A stretch of 64,000 nucleotides of DNA from assembly GCF_032062105.1 (NCBI RefSeq), contig NW_026928438.1, positions 186,001 to 250,000 of the forward strand, in the 5' to 3' direction. The position numbers and the translations under genes were made by a program. Shown here piece after piece: positions 1 to 14,367 of the stretch. Source of the DNA: Saccostrea cucullata (Eukaryota). The number at the start of each line of letters is the position of its first letter. Position 1 is the stretch's first letter. The notes under the pieces were generated by a model, which made no database searches, was not told the DNA's origin, and was given only the letters and a program-made list of their open reading frames with translations.

Positions 1-3000
1 TACAAATGTTAATGCATGGTAAACTTGTAAATTCAGGAAAGAATGATTCAACGGCGTCGGAAGCAAATTGGAAAAAAGGGGGTGGCTAATTCAAAGGAAA
101 AAAATTCAACTGAAAAAAAAAAGACAAAAAAGAGGAGAATTTGACCATTGTCCAAACCTGAAAATCCTATTTCATGCGGGTAGAAGGGGGCGGGGGTTAG
201 CTTCGAACTTTTTTTCAGTTACTACTTACCCATCTTTTCATTTACACTGCAACGTGCCTGTTGAAAGTGTAAACATGTTACATTGAATTAAATTTCATAA
301 CTATACGAAATTAGAGAAACAAAAATGCAAAATTGCATTGTTGAGATTACTGCTTCTAACGTGTTGTTAATCATAATTTAAAGATTTATTCCTTAGGTAT
401 TCGTATTCTAATGACATAAATTCTTAATGTTTTTACCGGTGGCAATGAACAGTTCTTCGTTTGAGGACACTTTAATTGCGTTGGAAACATATGTTGGGAT
501 CCTGCATAAGTTAAAATGCGTAAATTTTAATAGGGAATCAGATACTTTCCAAAACATAGGCTACATGAAATAACACAGACCAGGTGGCATTTTTATATTT
601 AAAAAAAAGGGGGGGGGGCTTCTGAAAAATCTGCCCCCAAAAATCAAATAAATATTTTTAAAGCTAAACGATTGATTGTTATTGTTAAATACCGAGTCGG
701 CAAAATTTCAGCCGTATTTTGGCGGCGGATGAATACTGGTAAAGACATGCTTTAATTTGAAAGAATTCATGTATCTACGAACATTGCATGGAATTCTTCG
801 AATTTTATTACATTTTGTCATACCTTGTAATTGTTTTATTGAGTTAATAAGAGAGGCAATTGTCACCTTTAATAGCTTCCTTATTAGAAGATCGAGTCTT
901 AATTGATCACCGATAAGACTTTCAATTAGAATGATAAAGATTTTAAAATGGTTATGACGATAGCTTTTACCATGCCTGATTAGAGTCTTGGTATATGATA
1001 CATTTAAAGAAATCTAGTCGCACAACCTACCTACTGTATTTGTTCCTAGTAACCCCCCCCCCCCCCCGACCTATCCATCTACATGTACCATCTCTAGCCG
1101 TCTAAAATATCACGTTTCCAATATAACTTGCAAAGTTTGAGACAGTGCAATAGTATAGGATAGAATAATTTTTAGTGTTGATTGATTTACGTAGGACGAG
1201 AATTTAAAACTGACACTGAACGCATTATTTTCACGGGTAAAATATACAGAAGAATTAATATATCTGTTAGAAGATCCTGGAAACTCTGACGAGTTTAGCA
1301 AAGAACCAATGAGGGCGCTTCTTACAGTTAGAAGGTGGGACTTTATATCAGTCAATCAGGCGAATTGAGAATTTATAGGTCACCAAACAAACTTCGTGTC
1401 GAGAACGTCATGCCATACGGAAAGTCCAAAGTGACGGACACCCCATCACTATATCATGCTGTATATACTCGCGCTTTTCAAGCAGGTATATTAAAGAAAA
1501 TAAGGTAAACGTGCAATTACAATAACCGTATAACCGAAGTAAGTTTAGTTGTACTGATAATTATCACCTGTGGTCCACCGTAGGAAGGCTACGCTATTGT
1601 TCATAAATTTATTCTAATTTCCATGATTTGCAGCAGTAGAGGCAATATTTTGAAGCAAATTTATTGAGATGAGACAATAAATATTTATCGAATGGGTTAA
1701 CATACTCCCGGATTTTCCTTTTTCAGAAGTTAACACGATTACAATTTGAATCGGAGTACAAATCTCGGTTTTCCGAGGTGTATTTTCTCCCGCTACAGAG
1801 GGATAATCGCGATTTAGCGAGATGATCTCTCTAAAGGTGATGTGTTCCCAACCTGTTAAAAGTAAAGATCTTTGCTGACATATTTTATAGGAAACCAAAT
1901 TTAGGGAATATCGATTTTTCAGCTGGCCTAGTAATTAACTTCATCAACAAAATAGATTACAACTATATCTGGAAATTTACTCCAGACAATGGGTCAAACT
2001 TGGGAAAAAGAAGACATTATTACTTTGGTGGAATGGAAATATTTAAAGTATCTGATGGATGTGGATTTCTCGTATTTAGCTAATGAGGAGAAATATAAAG
2101 CAGTTTTTAAAATTTTTAAAACATCTAAAATTCAAATATTTTTTTGATTACATATAGCATGTTATACTTTAATTCAAAAGTACAAAAAAGATCCTTACAA
2201 ACAAAGCCTCTTACTAAAAATGATAACATCATTGTAGAAGACACTTCAGGAGTACTGTACAACAATTTTCGAAATCTGGTGTATAAAACAGATGTGGGTA
2301 CGTAAAAATTCAAAGGAACTTCTGAGAAAATCTAAATTCACAAAAAATAATAATATCAAAACCTACATCTTTTAAAAACTTTACACAGGTAGATGTACTG
2401 TCCTCTCTCTAGATAAATTAAAGTCTAAAGGTATGAATGTTAACTTTTTTAATGATTAAAAGATATGAAACATCCGTTTAAAAAAACGACAGTAGGGGAA
2501 AAACAATCGAAATGTAGGACTTTTTACAGTAAGAAATTATATAGGGACTGTTTAGTAGGTATAACAGTTTTTAATATTTTTCTGTTACAGTGAAATTCAA
2601 GTCCAACGAGACAAGAGTCATTCCTTAAATGATATATCATGCTTATGAAGAAACGATAAAATACGATTAAAAAAAATATCAGATTTTTTTTTTGTAATTT
2701 TAAAAAATTACCAAGTTGGCGAAAATATATCATTCACTTTTGTTTGATGATAACAGAGGTGTTGGAGCGAGGCGCAAAAACGCCCTCTGGTAAGAGATTA
2801 ATATAGGTCAAGCATAATTTCCAGAATTCCTCTGCTACCTATCATGCGATAATGGCAAATAAATAAATAACATGAAATATAAAATGTGTTCAGTTTAAAC
2901 AAAACTATTCTACAATGTATTTCGTTCAAATTGCACTCAGCCTATTTGATGTTTATCTTGACTGTCTCGATCCGTAAACTCTGGCGAGCTCCGTTACGTC

Positions 3001-3439
3001 GTGTGACGTCATAGTGTAAAGATGTGATAACAGAGGTGTAAATGAAAGTTGCGGTGCGCGACCTCATGCAGGCCTGGTGGCCATTAAACTTAGACGAGCT
3101 AACTTTTGATCTCAGTCTCACTTTTTTCAAAGGAATTAATAGCGGAAAAGAGATACATTTCAAAAGTAAGCTAGTCTTAGTTTTAAGATCCCCAGGGCTG
3201 GTGAGAGATTGAACGTGAATGCCACTCCAAATTTCTTTCGTCTGTACACATCTTCGCAAGCTCCAAAGGCTAAATTAGTGACTAAGTTAGTCCATGGAGC
3301 TAGCTCTTCGCACCGCCTCGCCGCTGTAGCTTTTAGGTATATACCGGGAGTATCTGTACACGTATCCCAATGAGAGGCGGCTTGGAAAGGTTACACCTTA
3401 TAACTATTGCTTTAAACATTGATGGCTCTTGAGACATGG

Positions 3440-4370
3440 AACAACATTCCACTCCAAAGTTCATTAAGAAAAACAAAATTGGAACAAAGCGAACAGGGGC
3501 CTCTAAAACATCAGGAGGGATCAGGGTGTCATGGAGGAGTGAGCATTCCCTACCAACTGGTCACACCTGCTGTGTGCTCCTTGAAAAGATGGGAAAATAA
3601 GGAAAACATCTGTCGACAATTCAATGTTTATTTGTATTTCGTAATAGCCTTACAATTAATATAAAAAAGTCAGCATTTTACTTAGCTGCAGGTCTGTAGC
3701 TCTCCGAAAAAAATATATTGATAGACCGGAGAGCTACAGTGCCACCCATTGAAAAAACTGTATATTTATTGCGCACAAAAAAGTGCGCTCGGTTCTCAAT
3801 TTATTTCTCCATATTTTTCAAACCGTAATCTCAAAATATTACAACCGTGTGTTCCTAACGTATTCTTTCACTTTTTCCACAACCAAACATTCCTCAAAAT
3901 TGTTGTTAATAGTCCTCCTGAGCCTGATATTGTAATCAGCGAACATTTCGCTTATTTATACTCCCATTTTGGTTTCAAAGATAATTCGGTTCAATATGCT
4001 TCATTCGGATGTCAACTATGAGAGTACTTGATAGAAGATAAAGGAATTTCTTGAAATCTCTCCTTATTTGCAATTGAGGTAAGAATTTGGAAGAATTGAT
4101 TAAGAACCAAGCGCACTTTTTTGTGCGCAATAAATATACAGTTTTTTCAATGGGTGGCACTGTAGCTCTCCGGTCTATCAATATATTTTTTTTGGAGAGC
4201 TACAGATCTGCAGCTACATTTTACTTAGATTCTTTATTGTATTTGCTGACAAGGCCAAGGTCATTGTATCGACCATAGAACTTAAGAAATGATTACTTTA
4301 AACAAGACTGTTGATATACTCGTTTTAGCATTTGACTTTCAATAATTTACCTCGTTTCAGAAATTATTTG
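3440..4370 (-). mobile_element. Degenerate 3' fragment of Penelope-like retroelement, interrupted by a MITE
   Basis: Carries the GGATCAGG..CATGGAGGAGTGAGCAT..GGTCACACC motif (3518-3568) and, after the MITE, sequence matching the better-preserved copy at 23260-23620. Confidence 0.7.
3683..4216. mobile_element. Mutator-like MITE (~113-bp TIRs, 9-bp TSD)
   Basis: TIRs TAGCTGCAGGTCTGTAGCTCTCC... / ...GGAGAGCTACAGATCTGCAGCTA; direct repeat CATTTTACT at 3674-3682 and 4217-4225. Confidence 0.85.
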
Positions 4371-4679
4371 CTTTATCTTTCCTAATGCATGTAGCAATAT
4401 TATTACAATTATCAACTAAATAGTTTATGACTCCCAGTTAGGAATACTTCAGGCAAGCAAAGCAGAGCTGTATGAAGATCACAGCAAGTGATTTTATTTC
4501 ACGAAGATTTCTGACAAATTCTGCTTCCTAATGAGTATAAAAATAGGTCTGCTTATAACGTGGCGCAATTATTACCTATGGGAATTTCAATAGATTGATA
4601 GAATATCTGGTCTCCAAAAACCACATAGATATTGTCAATCAGAAACTAATAATAAAATGCTTTACGAGAATCATTGTCA

Positions 4680-6600
4680 CAGCTGTTGCAGAAACATACT
4701 AAATCCGCGTAAGCAATTAACTGCAAGATCAATGGCCTCAAAATGATATTTCCGATAATTTTCTTCTACTGATGGTGGGTGGTGCGATTATGAACCCTCG
4801 TCAAGACGTTTTGTAATTCCTTTCTCCCAATTTTCTTCAATTGCTACCTTCTCTGCTCAATCAGGCTCCCCCCCCCCCCGAGAAAAGAGCATAATGTTCC
4901 TCATTCCTTACGTTCTGCAAAGTCTGTATTGTCAGACTTGCCATTTTCTTTCCTGTAGATGCTGAGACGCTCTCTTTCATCAAAGCTTTTCTCAAGTTGT
5001 CACAATTTTCTATATTGTTTTTCCGAGAAGAGAACTGAAGAAGAAGTCAAATGTCTGCATGTAAAGAGACAAGCCCCCTAATTCTACCTCTCATTTCCTG
5101 CTCTTGTACATACTCTAATACCTCATCCCATATATCTAGCAGGACAACATAATTTTCAACAATACTATAAAGAGCCTCTGCTCTCTTTTTCCAACAAGTG
5201 GGACAAAGGATTCGAATGCCTGGGGAGTCTGCGTGTTCAAGAGTACTTTTGATTTATTTCAATATGGCACTCTTCGAGGTGAAAATTTGATATTAGCTTT
5301 GTTAATTCTATGACATTTTTCAATGCATTTAATTGTCCTGCAACCTTTAATTGTATCGCCACAAGCAAGATTTAGAGCATGGCCATAACAACGCATATGC
5401 ATTGCTCGCTTTTCGATCGAACTGATCCGAGTAGAAACTCCAGACTTAGATCCAGCTATAGCTGCTATCTAATCATAACGCTGACCTCGTACACGACCAC
5501 AGGACAAATTGAATCTTCAAAGAACATTCTTAATGGCACTGGATAGTTGATGCCTCTGTGTCATCAATATGATATAATCCAATAAAGGTTTCATTAGGTT
5601 CAAAATTATCTTCTATCCACCTAAGAGAAATTACAAATTGCTCTTTGTTAGAGCTCTCAATGGTTTCATGAGCCATAATTGTAAACCAATCCGCCTTCTG
5701 TATCAAAAGAATCTTTTGGCCATCACCCGTTCTCTTCAAAATTCATTTTGAAGCTCCGGCGATGTAACATCTTTTTTTCCAATCCATTTTATATATTTGG
5801 ATCATCCGAACATAATTTCAATCTACATCAACATGATCACTAAAAAGAACAAAGCCTTGACGAGCAAGAAATTTGATGCTAGACAATACATTGATCAAGT
5901 ACATTCTGTTTTCTTTTTTCTGATTCTTGTGTTGCTCTGATAAACGGCAAACAAAGGGGTTTTGCCCTGATAAAGATTCACAATTCATCTTTCGCTGACT
6001 TAAGGAGTACGTCAACGCATTCAACAAATTTCTTGTGACCTTGGTAGTTATCATTTTCTTTGAAGTTTACAGTGGCTTTTTTCCAGTTTCTTAATCCTTC
6101 AGAAATAAATCACTTTTCCTTACACAAATTTGCCAATTTGTGTTCCTTATATGCTGTAACGCACACAGAATAAAAAGCCTTGTCTGTATTCTCCTCACAA
6201 TGAATCCAAGGCCATATTCTAAACCAATTATAGACAAAAGACATCTCTCTTGTTCCAATTATTGATACTAGTTTTCTTAGGTTAATTTGCTTTATTGGTA
6301 ATAACAGGAACATCCCATTCTAGCGTTGGAGCTGTGTGAATTAAAGACTTGTATATCCTCTGATGATGTGTCATAGATTTGTGTACCAATACCCTGTTCT
6401 TGATCAGTTTCTGTTTGATTTGAATTTGCAAATTTGACCCAGACACCCCAGTAGAAACAATATCATGTTTAATATCAATATGCTCCACTTCCTTACCTTC
6501 GTCAACCTTAAACTGTACTGAAGAACCGGGGCCATCTTTTACCTCGTCCGTAACACTCACAGCTGCCTTTTTATTTTTGTAATCACCTTAATGCTTTTAT
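4680..6600 (-). pseudogene. Fragmented hAT transposase (ZMYM1-like/DUF4371 type)
   Basis: Minus-strand pieces read WFRIWPWIHCEENTDKAFYSVC (TTF-like zinc finger), IKFLARQG, WFTIMAHETIESSNKEQFVISLRW, RCYGHALNL (CxxH motif) and GIRILCPTCW, with many stops and frameshifts. Confidence 0.85.
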
Positions 6601-7299
6601 TTTGGTTCAAAAAACTACAAGACTGACAAAAGTTTCTTTTTCTTTATAGTGACATGACCCAAAATGGTTTGGCTTATACATAGACCCATGGGTATTCTCT
6701 AATACCCCGTCTCTACTCCATAATATAGTGTATTTGTGTGGTTAGAACAGCGGTTTTTGTAGGTCTAAAATTTTGATTTACGGCTGGATAGACTGACACT
6801 TCATTGCAAAATTTCTGCAGAATTTCAACAAAAGCCATACGTTGAAGTATCCCACTCCAAGATCGATCACATCAGTTTATATTGCTTCTGTCTGTATAGA
6901 CAGTGACAGATGTTGATGCTTCTGAAATTCTTCAACAGTGTCCACAGACAGCATCATGTCCACAAATTCCATCTGATTTAATTTGCCATCTTCATCAGAT
7001 CAATGATTTTCTCAGTTTAATGTGTAGTGGTCGGCGTTTAAAAAGAGTTCCTTAGCTGTCAAGAGTCTGAGGCAACTATTTAGGGACTCGTTTCTACAAA
7101 AAAAAAATAAATGCAGCGTTATAAAGACAATTTCTATCACAGATGTTTTCACATCTAAATATGATCCAAGGGAAAGTGTTTCTGTGTCTTCAGGAATCAA
7201 ATTGTTGGTTCGGTAATGTTTTCGAAAAGAATAAAATCAATGCTTTTTCCTAAAACCTTTTCTTGATCTGATCTAAATTTACGTATAGTTTCTATTTCA

Positions 7300-7810
7300 T
7301 TTTTATGCACCCGGATCTAAAGACCTAGGGCGTATACAGGGGCGTAGCAACAGGGGGGGGGGCAGGGGGGGCCTGGCTCCCCACTTTTTTTCCCAACCTT
7401 ACTTATACTATAGGAAATGTTAATTGAAAGCCTGGTTGTTAGGTACCGATAATGTAGTATTAGAAATGGTACTGAAAGTAGTTGACACTGAGAAAAAGTT
7501 TACTACCCCCCCCCCCCCTACCCCCACGAAATAGGATTTTCGTCTTTAGGCAACTTTTTCCTTTTTTTTTTCTGCTTGTCAACTTTTTCAGGTAAGTAAA
7601 AAAATTTTTTTCTCTGGCTGGCCCCCCCACTTTCAAAAACGATGCTACGCCACTGGTATATATATTATTTTTGTCCTGTCTGTCTGTCTGTTTGTCTTCG
7701 CCATAACTTTTGAACCATAAAAGATAGAGACTTCATATTTGATATGCACACTCAACTAATTAAGCTCTTTAAAATGACACCAAGGTTAATGACCTTGTTA
7801 CCTTGACTCT
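7300..7810 (-). mobile_element. CvA/pearl-type non-autonomous Helentron-like element fragment
   Basis: TTTTATGCACCCG terminal stem-loop, (CTGT)n microsatellite and core repeat similar to 18414-19284 in reverse orientation. Confidence 0.7.
7337..7655. mobile_element. hAT-type MITE with 5-bp TSD
   Basis: TIRs CAGGGGCGTAGCA / TGCTACGCCACTG; GTATA on both sides (7332-7336, 7656-7660); G/C-run subterminal sequence. Confidence 0.8.
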
Positions 7811-8258
7811 CACCTAGGTAAATGCTAACATTAGCTTTTTAGTACCCCCAAATTGATGCATATTTAAATTTGCTATGTGTTTTAAAGTCAATCAAAAATT
7901 ATAAGTGATAATTTGTTGAATTATGGCAAACAGAACATCGGTTGCTTTGAGTCTTTGTTGCCAAAGACAGTACCCATTTTTGATGCTCATAAATGAGTAT
8001 ATCATTATTGGTTATTATAATTCACCTGCTCATATGTCTATAAATCAGGCATTGGTTGCTGTAAATTTCACAAATTTCAGTGAACAGTGAATATTTCTTT
8101 TGGAATCTTATCAAGATTTACAGCAGTTTAAATGAAGTGTTTTAATTTCACTCTAGTTTACTGATTCTTTACCCTTTAGTTTTAATACAGTGTCTCGAAT
8201 AACTCTTGTTTATTAACTTCTCACAATGAAAATATGAGATGAAAAGTGGTAACATATA

Positions 8259-9533
8259 CCCAGTAGGCACACAACGTTGTTTAAACGTTGAATATTAGTT
8301 GAAGTTGGGTTTAGACGTTGATAAATCTAGACAAAATATCGATTCAACGTTGACTTTTCAACGTTGAAAATTAACGTTGATTCAACATTGAATTCAAATT
8401 GAGTTGAATTATCAACATAAATTGAACGCCGGATCTTTGCCGAGCGGTCCAATCCTATTTTTCGCAGATAGATAATTCCTACTATAATAGTGTCGGACTA
8501 TAATACTGTCAGACCATAATGAGGTCGAACTTGACAAAGTCGCACTACCTTATATCATTACTAACTATTATAACTAACATGGATGGTAAATACAGGAATT
8601 TTGCAAACTCAATGATAAAAATGAATTTAGTACGAATTAGCCAAAGTACAAATTAAGAGCATGCGCAGAAGGACCCCGGAAAAAATTCAAAAAGACAGCA
8701 TAACAGTTACCGGTAAGTTTTTGAAAATTTTAAAGATTTTATATTTATATGCAGCTGTGGTAAGGTTTAAAAAATTAGAACTCGATTTGTAATCTTCTTA
8801 TGGATGTTTTAGAATTACAACTGACGCCAATTTCATTGTACATTGTAGGGATAATCAACTAAAAGCTGCACCACTCTGTCGACTCAATAAACCAACGTAA
8901 TTCATTAGAGAATACTAACCAGTAGTTCAACACAAGCCTCGGGACTCTAACACCAAGATTTGAGCAAAAATTTACTCCTTAAAGAAAACATTCCGGCATG
9001 TCAGAGTATCATTGAAGAGAAATGATTTGTCGAAATGCATATCTGGTGCATCAAAAGTGGTACCGTATAAGATTTAAATCTTACTTTGGAATGGTTTTAT
9101 GTTCTGAACTATTTCATGACTACATGTAAAAATACAAAACTTTTGTAAATGATCGGGTTTTGTAACTAATTGTGATCAATTTATACAATGTATTTTGGTG
9201 AAATTTATTGTAACACATATATTGATAGGAAATTAAATAAATGTTTAAAATATATAGATTTTTTTCACATACTGTATGTTTTTCTAAGTAACCCTGTAAT
9301 AAAATTTTTGAAATTTTAAGTAATTAATGACCCCCCCCCCCCCACCTCCCTGAAAAAAATGCTGAATTAACTTTTATTCGATGTCTTTTCAACTTTGATT
9401 TTCAACATTGATTCAACATTAAGATTTAAAGTTAAACTCAATTTTCAAAATCTAATATAAACTAAACGTTGAATCAATATATATGATCAACGTTGATTCA
9501 AAGTTTTTTTTTTCAATGTTGTTTGCCTGCAGA
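8259..9533. mobile_element. EnSpm/CACTA-like non-autonomous DNA transposon
   Basis: Left end TA|CCCAGTAGGCACACAAC, degenerate right end GTTGTTTGCCTGCAGA|TA, and subterminal (CAACGTTGA)-type repeats at both ends. Confidence 0.6.
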
Positions 9534-9669
9534 TATCAAGTTATTAAAGATTCAATTATGAGAGAAAGTCAAGCTTAATGTCATATCATAGAGTTCAGGA
9601 CATTATTTATTGAACAGCCTTTGTATGTTTTACTGACTGTATATGATAAGGTCTACTACATGTAACAGC

Positions 9670-9810
9670 TTAATTGTATGACAATAAAAATTATTTCAAC
9701 TTTTCCATAGTCAAATTTTCAAATGTAGTAAATAGTAATATCCGCTCCCACCTGCATATGGTGTCTGCATATCCCAACTAACTAGCGTTTGATACTCAAA
9801 AGCATACGCA
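9670..9810 (+). mobile_element. Penelope-like RT fragment
   Basis: Degenerate match to the FNFSIV...PAYGV.ISQL motif seen in the 29343-29528 ORF. Confidence 0.55.
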
Positions 9811-10446
9811 GAAAAAGACCCCTTTTCTAAACAATTTTTTTATAATTCGCGATATGTAAAACTATTGATGGAATACCATTTTAGATACAATTTTCAATTA
9901 TTTTTATGACACTCGATGTCCGACAGCTCCAACATTCTAATTTTTTTGAAAATTTTATTACAAATTTTATTTATGGCGATGATCGAGCCAAACATAAAAA
10001 GAAAATACCTTTTTTTTAAATTGATTAATAGTAACACATATAAATGTACTCCATGTAAAAATGAGAGTTAACTGCATGTATGAATTGCACAATCATTTTA
10101 ACAAGAACAGATGATTTTAAAACAAATATTGTATAGCTAATTTTTTTTTAAAGAAGTATATTATTTTTATGTATTTGATAATGACTGTAAAAAGACATAA
10201 CAGTACATCTCCCCTCTGTAGGCTAGGCATCTGATAAACCCACTTACAAAAGATAATGTGTTATTATTTTATTGATTTTTAAATCATGAAATTTTCTACC
10301 GGAGAAAAATCAGCGTAAATATCTGAAGCAATTATATGTAGTTTAGTGATGGCTATTATTATTCCCTATAAGATGATCGAAGATAGATAGACAACACCAA
10401 TCAAGCCTCCACATGAACTAGTGTTTCGTATCCGTTTTTAATGGAG

Positions 10447-11138
10447 CATTGGCGAATCCAGAGGGGGGTTCCGGGGGTTGGAACCCCTCCCCCCTTTATT
10501 TTTTGCCAAGTGGAGAGAGAGAGGGAAGATAAAACGTTTTTCGAGAATAAATATTTGTACCTCTAACTTATGTATTGAATAGTTAGATTTTCACACATTT
10601 AGTTTCCTCCGTTCACTTCACTATTACTTTTTTTTATGAGAGAATGGTAGAAAACATTCTACTTATCTATATATATGTATATCTTAAAATGATATGTAAC
10701 ATGCGAGGTTAAATTCCATTTGATATTAGATTCCCACGAGCTGTGGCTGTGTTGGCTATATATGTACCTTTTTTATCATATATCTTTTGAAGGAATTAAC
10801 TTGTAACTCTTTGTTTTAAACCACACCCGCACCCCATCCCCCAAAAAGTTTTTCAAATTCTAAAAGACAATTCTTTGTACTCTTTGGAAATGCTGCAAAT
10901 CCATTCAATTTTAAGGCTTCAGTAGTTTTTGAAATGTGTTTGTTTTTTATTCAGACTGGGGTAAAGTACCTTTTCAAAGAAAAAAGGGAGGTAAAACAAA
11001 CTTATTATTTACCACAACCTCAGATCTTTTCATACGTGTGTGTAAATCTTAGCTTGAGATCTCTGTGTGGAGGGGGGGGTGTTAAAGGTGCACAACCCTA
11101 GAACCCCCCCCTTTCAAAAATTGCTGGATCCGCCCCTG
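10447..11138. mobile_element. hAT-type MITE with 5-bp TSD
   Basis: TIRs CATTGGCGAATCCAG / CTGGATCCGCCCCTG; TGGAG on both sides (10442-10446, 11139-11143). Confidence 0.75.
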
Positions 11139-11189
11139 TGGAGGACCATTTAGGACATATGAAACAGTACTTTGATGTCTTTGTTTATC

Positions 11190-11458
11190 GTTTCTCAGAG
11201 AATTGTCACTTTTTACTGATTAAAACGACACTTCTCGTCGGTAGTGGGCTGCAGATTTAGAAAGGTACTTGACACTTACGACCTTTGTGCAGAGTGTGAT
11301 CTTTTTTATGCCAAAGACGTACTGAGACTCTTCAACTTGATTTATTCAGTCTCATCCGAGAGACCGACCTCCTGAGTTGGAATCTACCAATTGATTATGA
11401 TCTCTCTCCTCGATTTCCACGATTTTAGAGTAAAAGTTCTAACCACTGCACCACGCTA
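11190..11458 (-). mobile_element. Degenerate tRNA-derived SINE
   Basis: Reverse strand begins GCGTGGTGCAGTGGTTAGA (A-box-like); body resembles, from memory, an abundant oyster SINE (GTCTCATCCGA..GACCG). Confidence 0.5.
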
Positions 11459-11462
11459 ACAA

Positions 11463-11669
11463 AACAAGATGTGTTTGTGAAACACTGATGCCCCCGGCCC
11501 GTATGGCTACATACCGAAGGTTAATTTTTTTTAAAAGCGAATCAAACATGTTGATACCCAAAGGAAGACCTTCTTACAAGAAATACCAATATGAACAGAC
11601 AAACAGACAGACTGGCGGACAGGGCAAAAACTATATACTCTCGAAATTTTGCTTACGGGCGCATAAAAA
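11463..11669 (+). mobile_element. Short CvA/pearl-type Helentron-like element
   Basis: Starts AACAAGATGTGTTTGTGAAACAC, has (ACAG)n, ends with stem-loop plus GCATAAAAA, like 18414-19284. Confidence 0.75.
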
Positions 11670-12489
11670 TATTTGATAAAGATAAGACGAACTGTCAATT
11701 TTATAACAAGAATTAAATTTGTCGTAGCATTTTGAATTTGTGATTGTAATTTTTATCCATTATAACAAATGTGTTGAATTTGAAATGACAGATTTAAAAT
11801 AAATATAATTCATTTAGAAATAATCGTAAATTCGTACTTTCAAAATCTTCATTTTGCTACAATAGATGTAGGGAATTTAATTTAAATGTCAATGTGTTTG
11901 TGATTACATATTGCTGATTTTTTTAAAAACAAGATGAACAATTTACAATTTCAAATCTTATAAATTTGTTGGAGTTGAAAATAATCAAAAAATAACGAAG
12001 AGAAATCAGCTACAAATGTCCAATAAATGCAAATTCGGAGCAAACAGTGACTTCTGACCTAAAAAAAAACAACGTCCTGATCGGAAAAACTGAACAAAAT
12101 TCCAAAGACAATTCCGTAAAAAAAATTATTAGCTTTTTTCATTCAAAAAATGTCCTCCAGAATTCGACTTAATGATAGATTGCATTTAAATTGTATTTTC
12201 TGACAATGTTATATAGTAATCCACAATTTACAAAAGTTAACAAAATCATCAAGGTAGGACATTTATATTTATTCGGAATCCGCTAATTATTCCTACAGGG
12301 AAATGACAACAAGTTTGCTTTAACTTTTATTTTGGCGAACATTGGATGGCATAATGTTTTTGTTGGATGCCAATACACACAACTTATGGGCAATCAATTA
12401 AATAAAATTCATCAACACAACAAGATATGTTAAAAATAACCGATAAACATTTTCTTTTTGTATGAAGATAAATATAAAAGTTATTTTAA

Positions 12490-13760
12490 AAAGATGTTTT
12501 GTGAAACACTGATGCCCCCGTATGACAACAGCGAAGGTCCAGTTTTCTCAATTTCAAAGCAAATATGCTAATACCTTAAGTAAGGTCTTTTCACAAGAAA
12601 TACACTTCTAAAATATGAAAGTCCTAGCACCATATGTACAAATGGTATAGCTAAGGTTGAATATAAGAAAAATAGGTCAAACTCCAAAGTCAAAGTCAAA
12701 GGGTCAAAAGTTTTGCTAATTAGTATTGAATAGATACATCTTTGGTAAAAAATTAAAGTATGTTCTAGTTTGTGCTCAATATTTTCTGGAAGAAAAACTG
12801 CTTGAAAATAAGTTTAATACAAAATACGCAAAAAATTGCGGGAAAACATGAACTTTATGATGTCATATTTCCATATTAACGGCATTTTGATCAACTTGAA
12901 AATTAACAATAAAGGTCGCATATATAGTTTTGCAAAGTAAAGCTATATATATATAAATTAAAAGTAAGATATTCATTTTAGGGGGCCATTTGAGACACTT
13001 ACCATATATTGCTCTTTATTGTTGACACAGGAATTACATATTTGAAGTAAGCCCTAGTCCTTAATTTTCAAAATTTGCGAAGTATAGCCAAGTTAAAGTT
13101 GGTTAAATTTTACAAGACTGGGTCAGACTCAAAGGTCAAGGCCAAAAGGTCAATGAACTATATGCGGTAAATTTCATATCTTTGCCCCCACAAAAGTCAA
13201 ATTTTGAAAAATTCTTGAAATGTTCTGAATTCTATAAATTGGATGAGAAATATAAATTAAGAGAACATATTATAGTTTCAAAGAAGTTTATTGACAAATT
13301 TTGTTTTTATGACGTCACAAACTTGTCCAATTTTATATCATTTTTTTTAAAAAGACGACAAAATGGACAAAATTTCAACAATTTTAGCTTTAAAATTCAT
13401 GGAGCGCAAGCTTGCTCAGGAACAATATAAACATGTTTCATTGATATTATCATTGTACACATTATATCAAAATATTGAACCTGATCAGACTTGCACTCGG
13501 TAACTTTCGAAATATCGACGTTAATTATACATATTTCTGTAGAAATCATGGAAATTTTTAATTACCGTAATTTTCGTGACGGCATTTCAAATATATGACG
13601 TCATTGGTTATGGAAATCTTCAGTGTTTTGATCTCAGCATATCCTCCCCCCTATTCAAGAACATAATTAAATACTTGTCCGTCAAAGTTTGATTTGAGGG
13701 GCAAATATTGGTTTATACCGAATAAAGTTCTTTAATGCTACCCAAAGAAAGGTTGCTTTG
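12490..13760 (+). mobile_element. CvA/pearl-type element remnant with a nested TIR MITE (~13165-13722)
   Basis: GATGTTTTGTGAAACACTGATGCCCCCG head and GGTCAAACTCCAA core; nested imperfect TIRs CGGTAAATTTCATATCTTTGCCCC / GGGGCAAATATTGGTTTATACCG. Confidence 0.55.
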
Positions 13761-14367
13761 TTGAAAAAAAAAACTAATTTTCAAAGAAAGGCTATCATAA
13801 TTGAAATAATGTTTTAAAATGATGTTTTAGAATGTTGTAGTAAAATTAAGTTGATGTATAATTATGATCATTTCCTATCTGTGTATCTGTCCTCTTCATA
13901 AACAAATGACTTGTGAACATTACATATACTTCTTTTTACAATTTATGAACACCTTATAAATTTCACAATCATGCAGAATTTGACATTTAAGCTAGTCAAT
14001 TTTTTAATCCAGATTTTTCTTTTTCTAGATCCTGTTCTCGTCATACTGGCTATTTTCTGTTTAGATTGTATAATTTAGGAATACAAACACACAGTTCCCT
14101 TTAACTAGCAATAAAAAAACCTGACTTTATATAAAGTGATTAAATCTTTCGAATACATTTATGACTTATCATAATTACATATGTAGGAAGCAATAGCTAG
14201 CATAAATAAACTTTTATTATCTATTTTTCATAATTATTACACTTTATTTCAATCGATTTAGATGCTGAATCATCATGTTTTGTATACTTTCTTTATTATA
14301 GGCAAGGTTATGTATACACCTACTGAAATATCGATAATAAATGTAGGAATAAATAGAATTTTACATG

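Noticed and set aside
1550-2330. Coding-like stretch (e.g. KVKIFADIFYRKPNLGNIDFSAGLVINFINKIDYNYIWKF...)
   Set aside because: Multiple stops and no motif I recognise; needs BLASTx.
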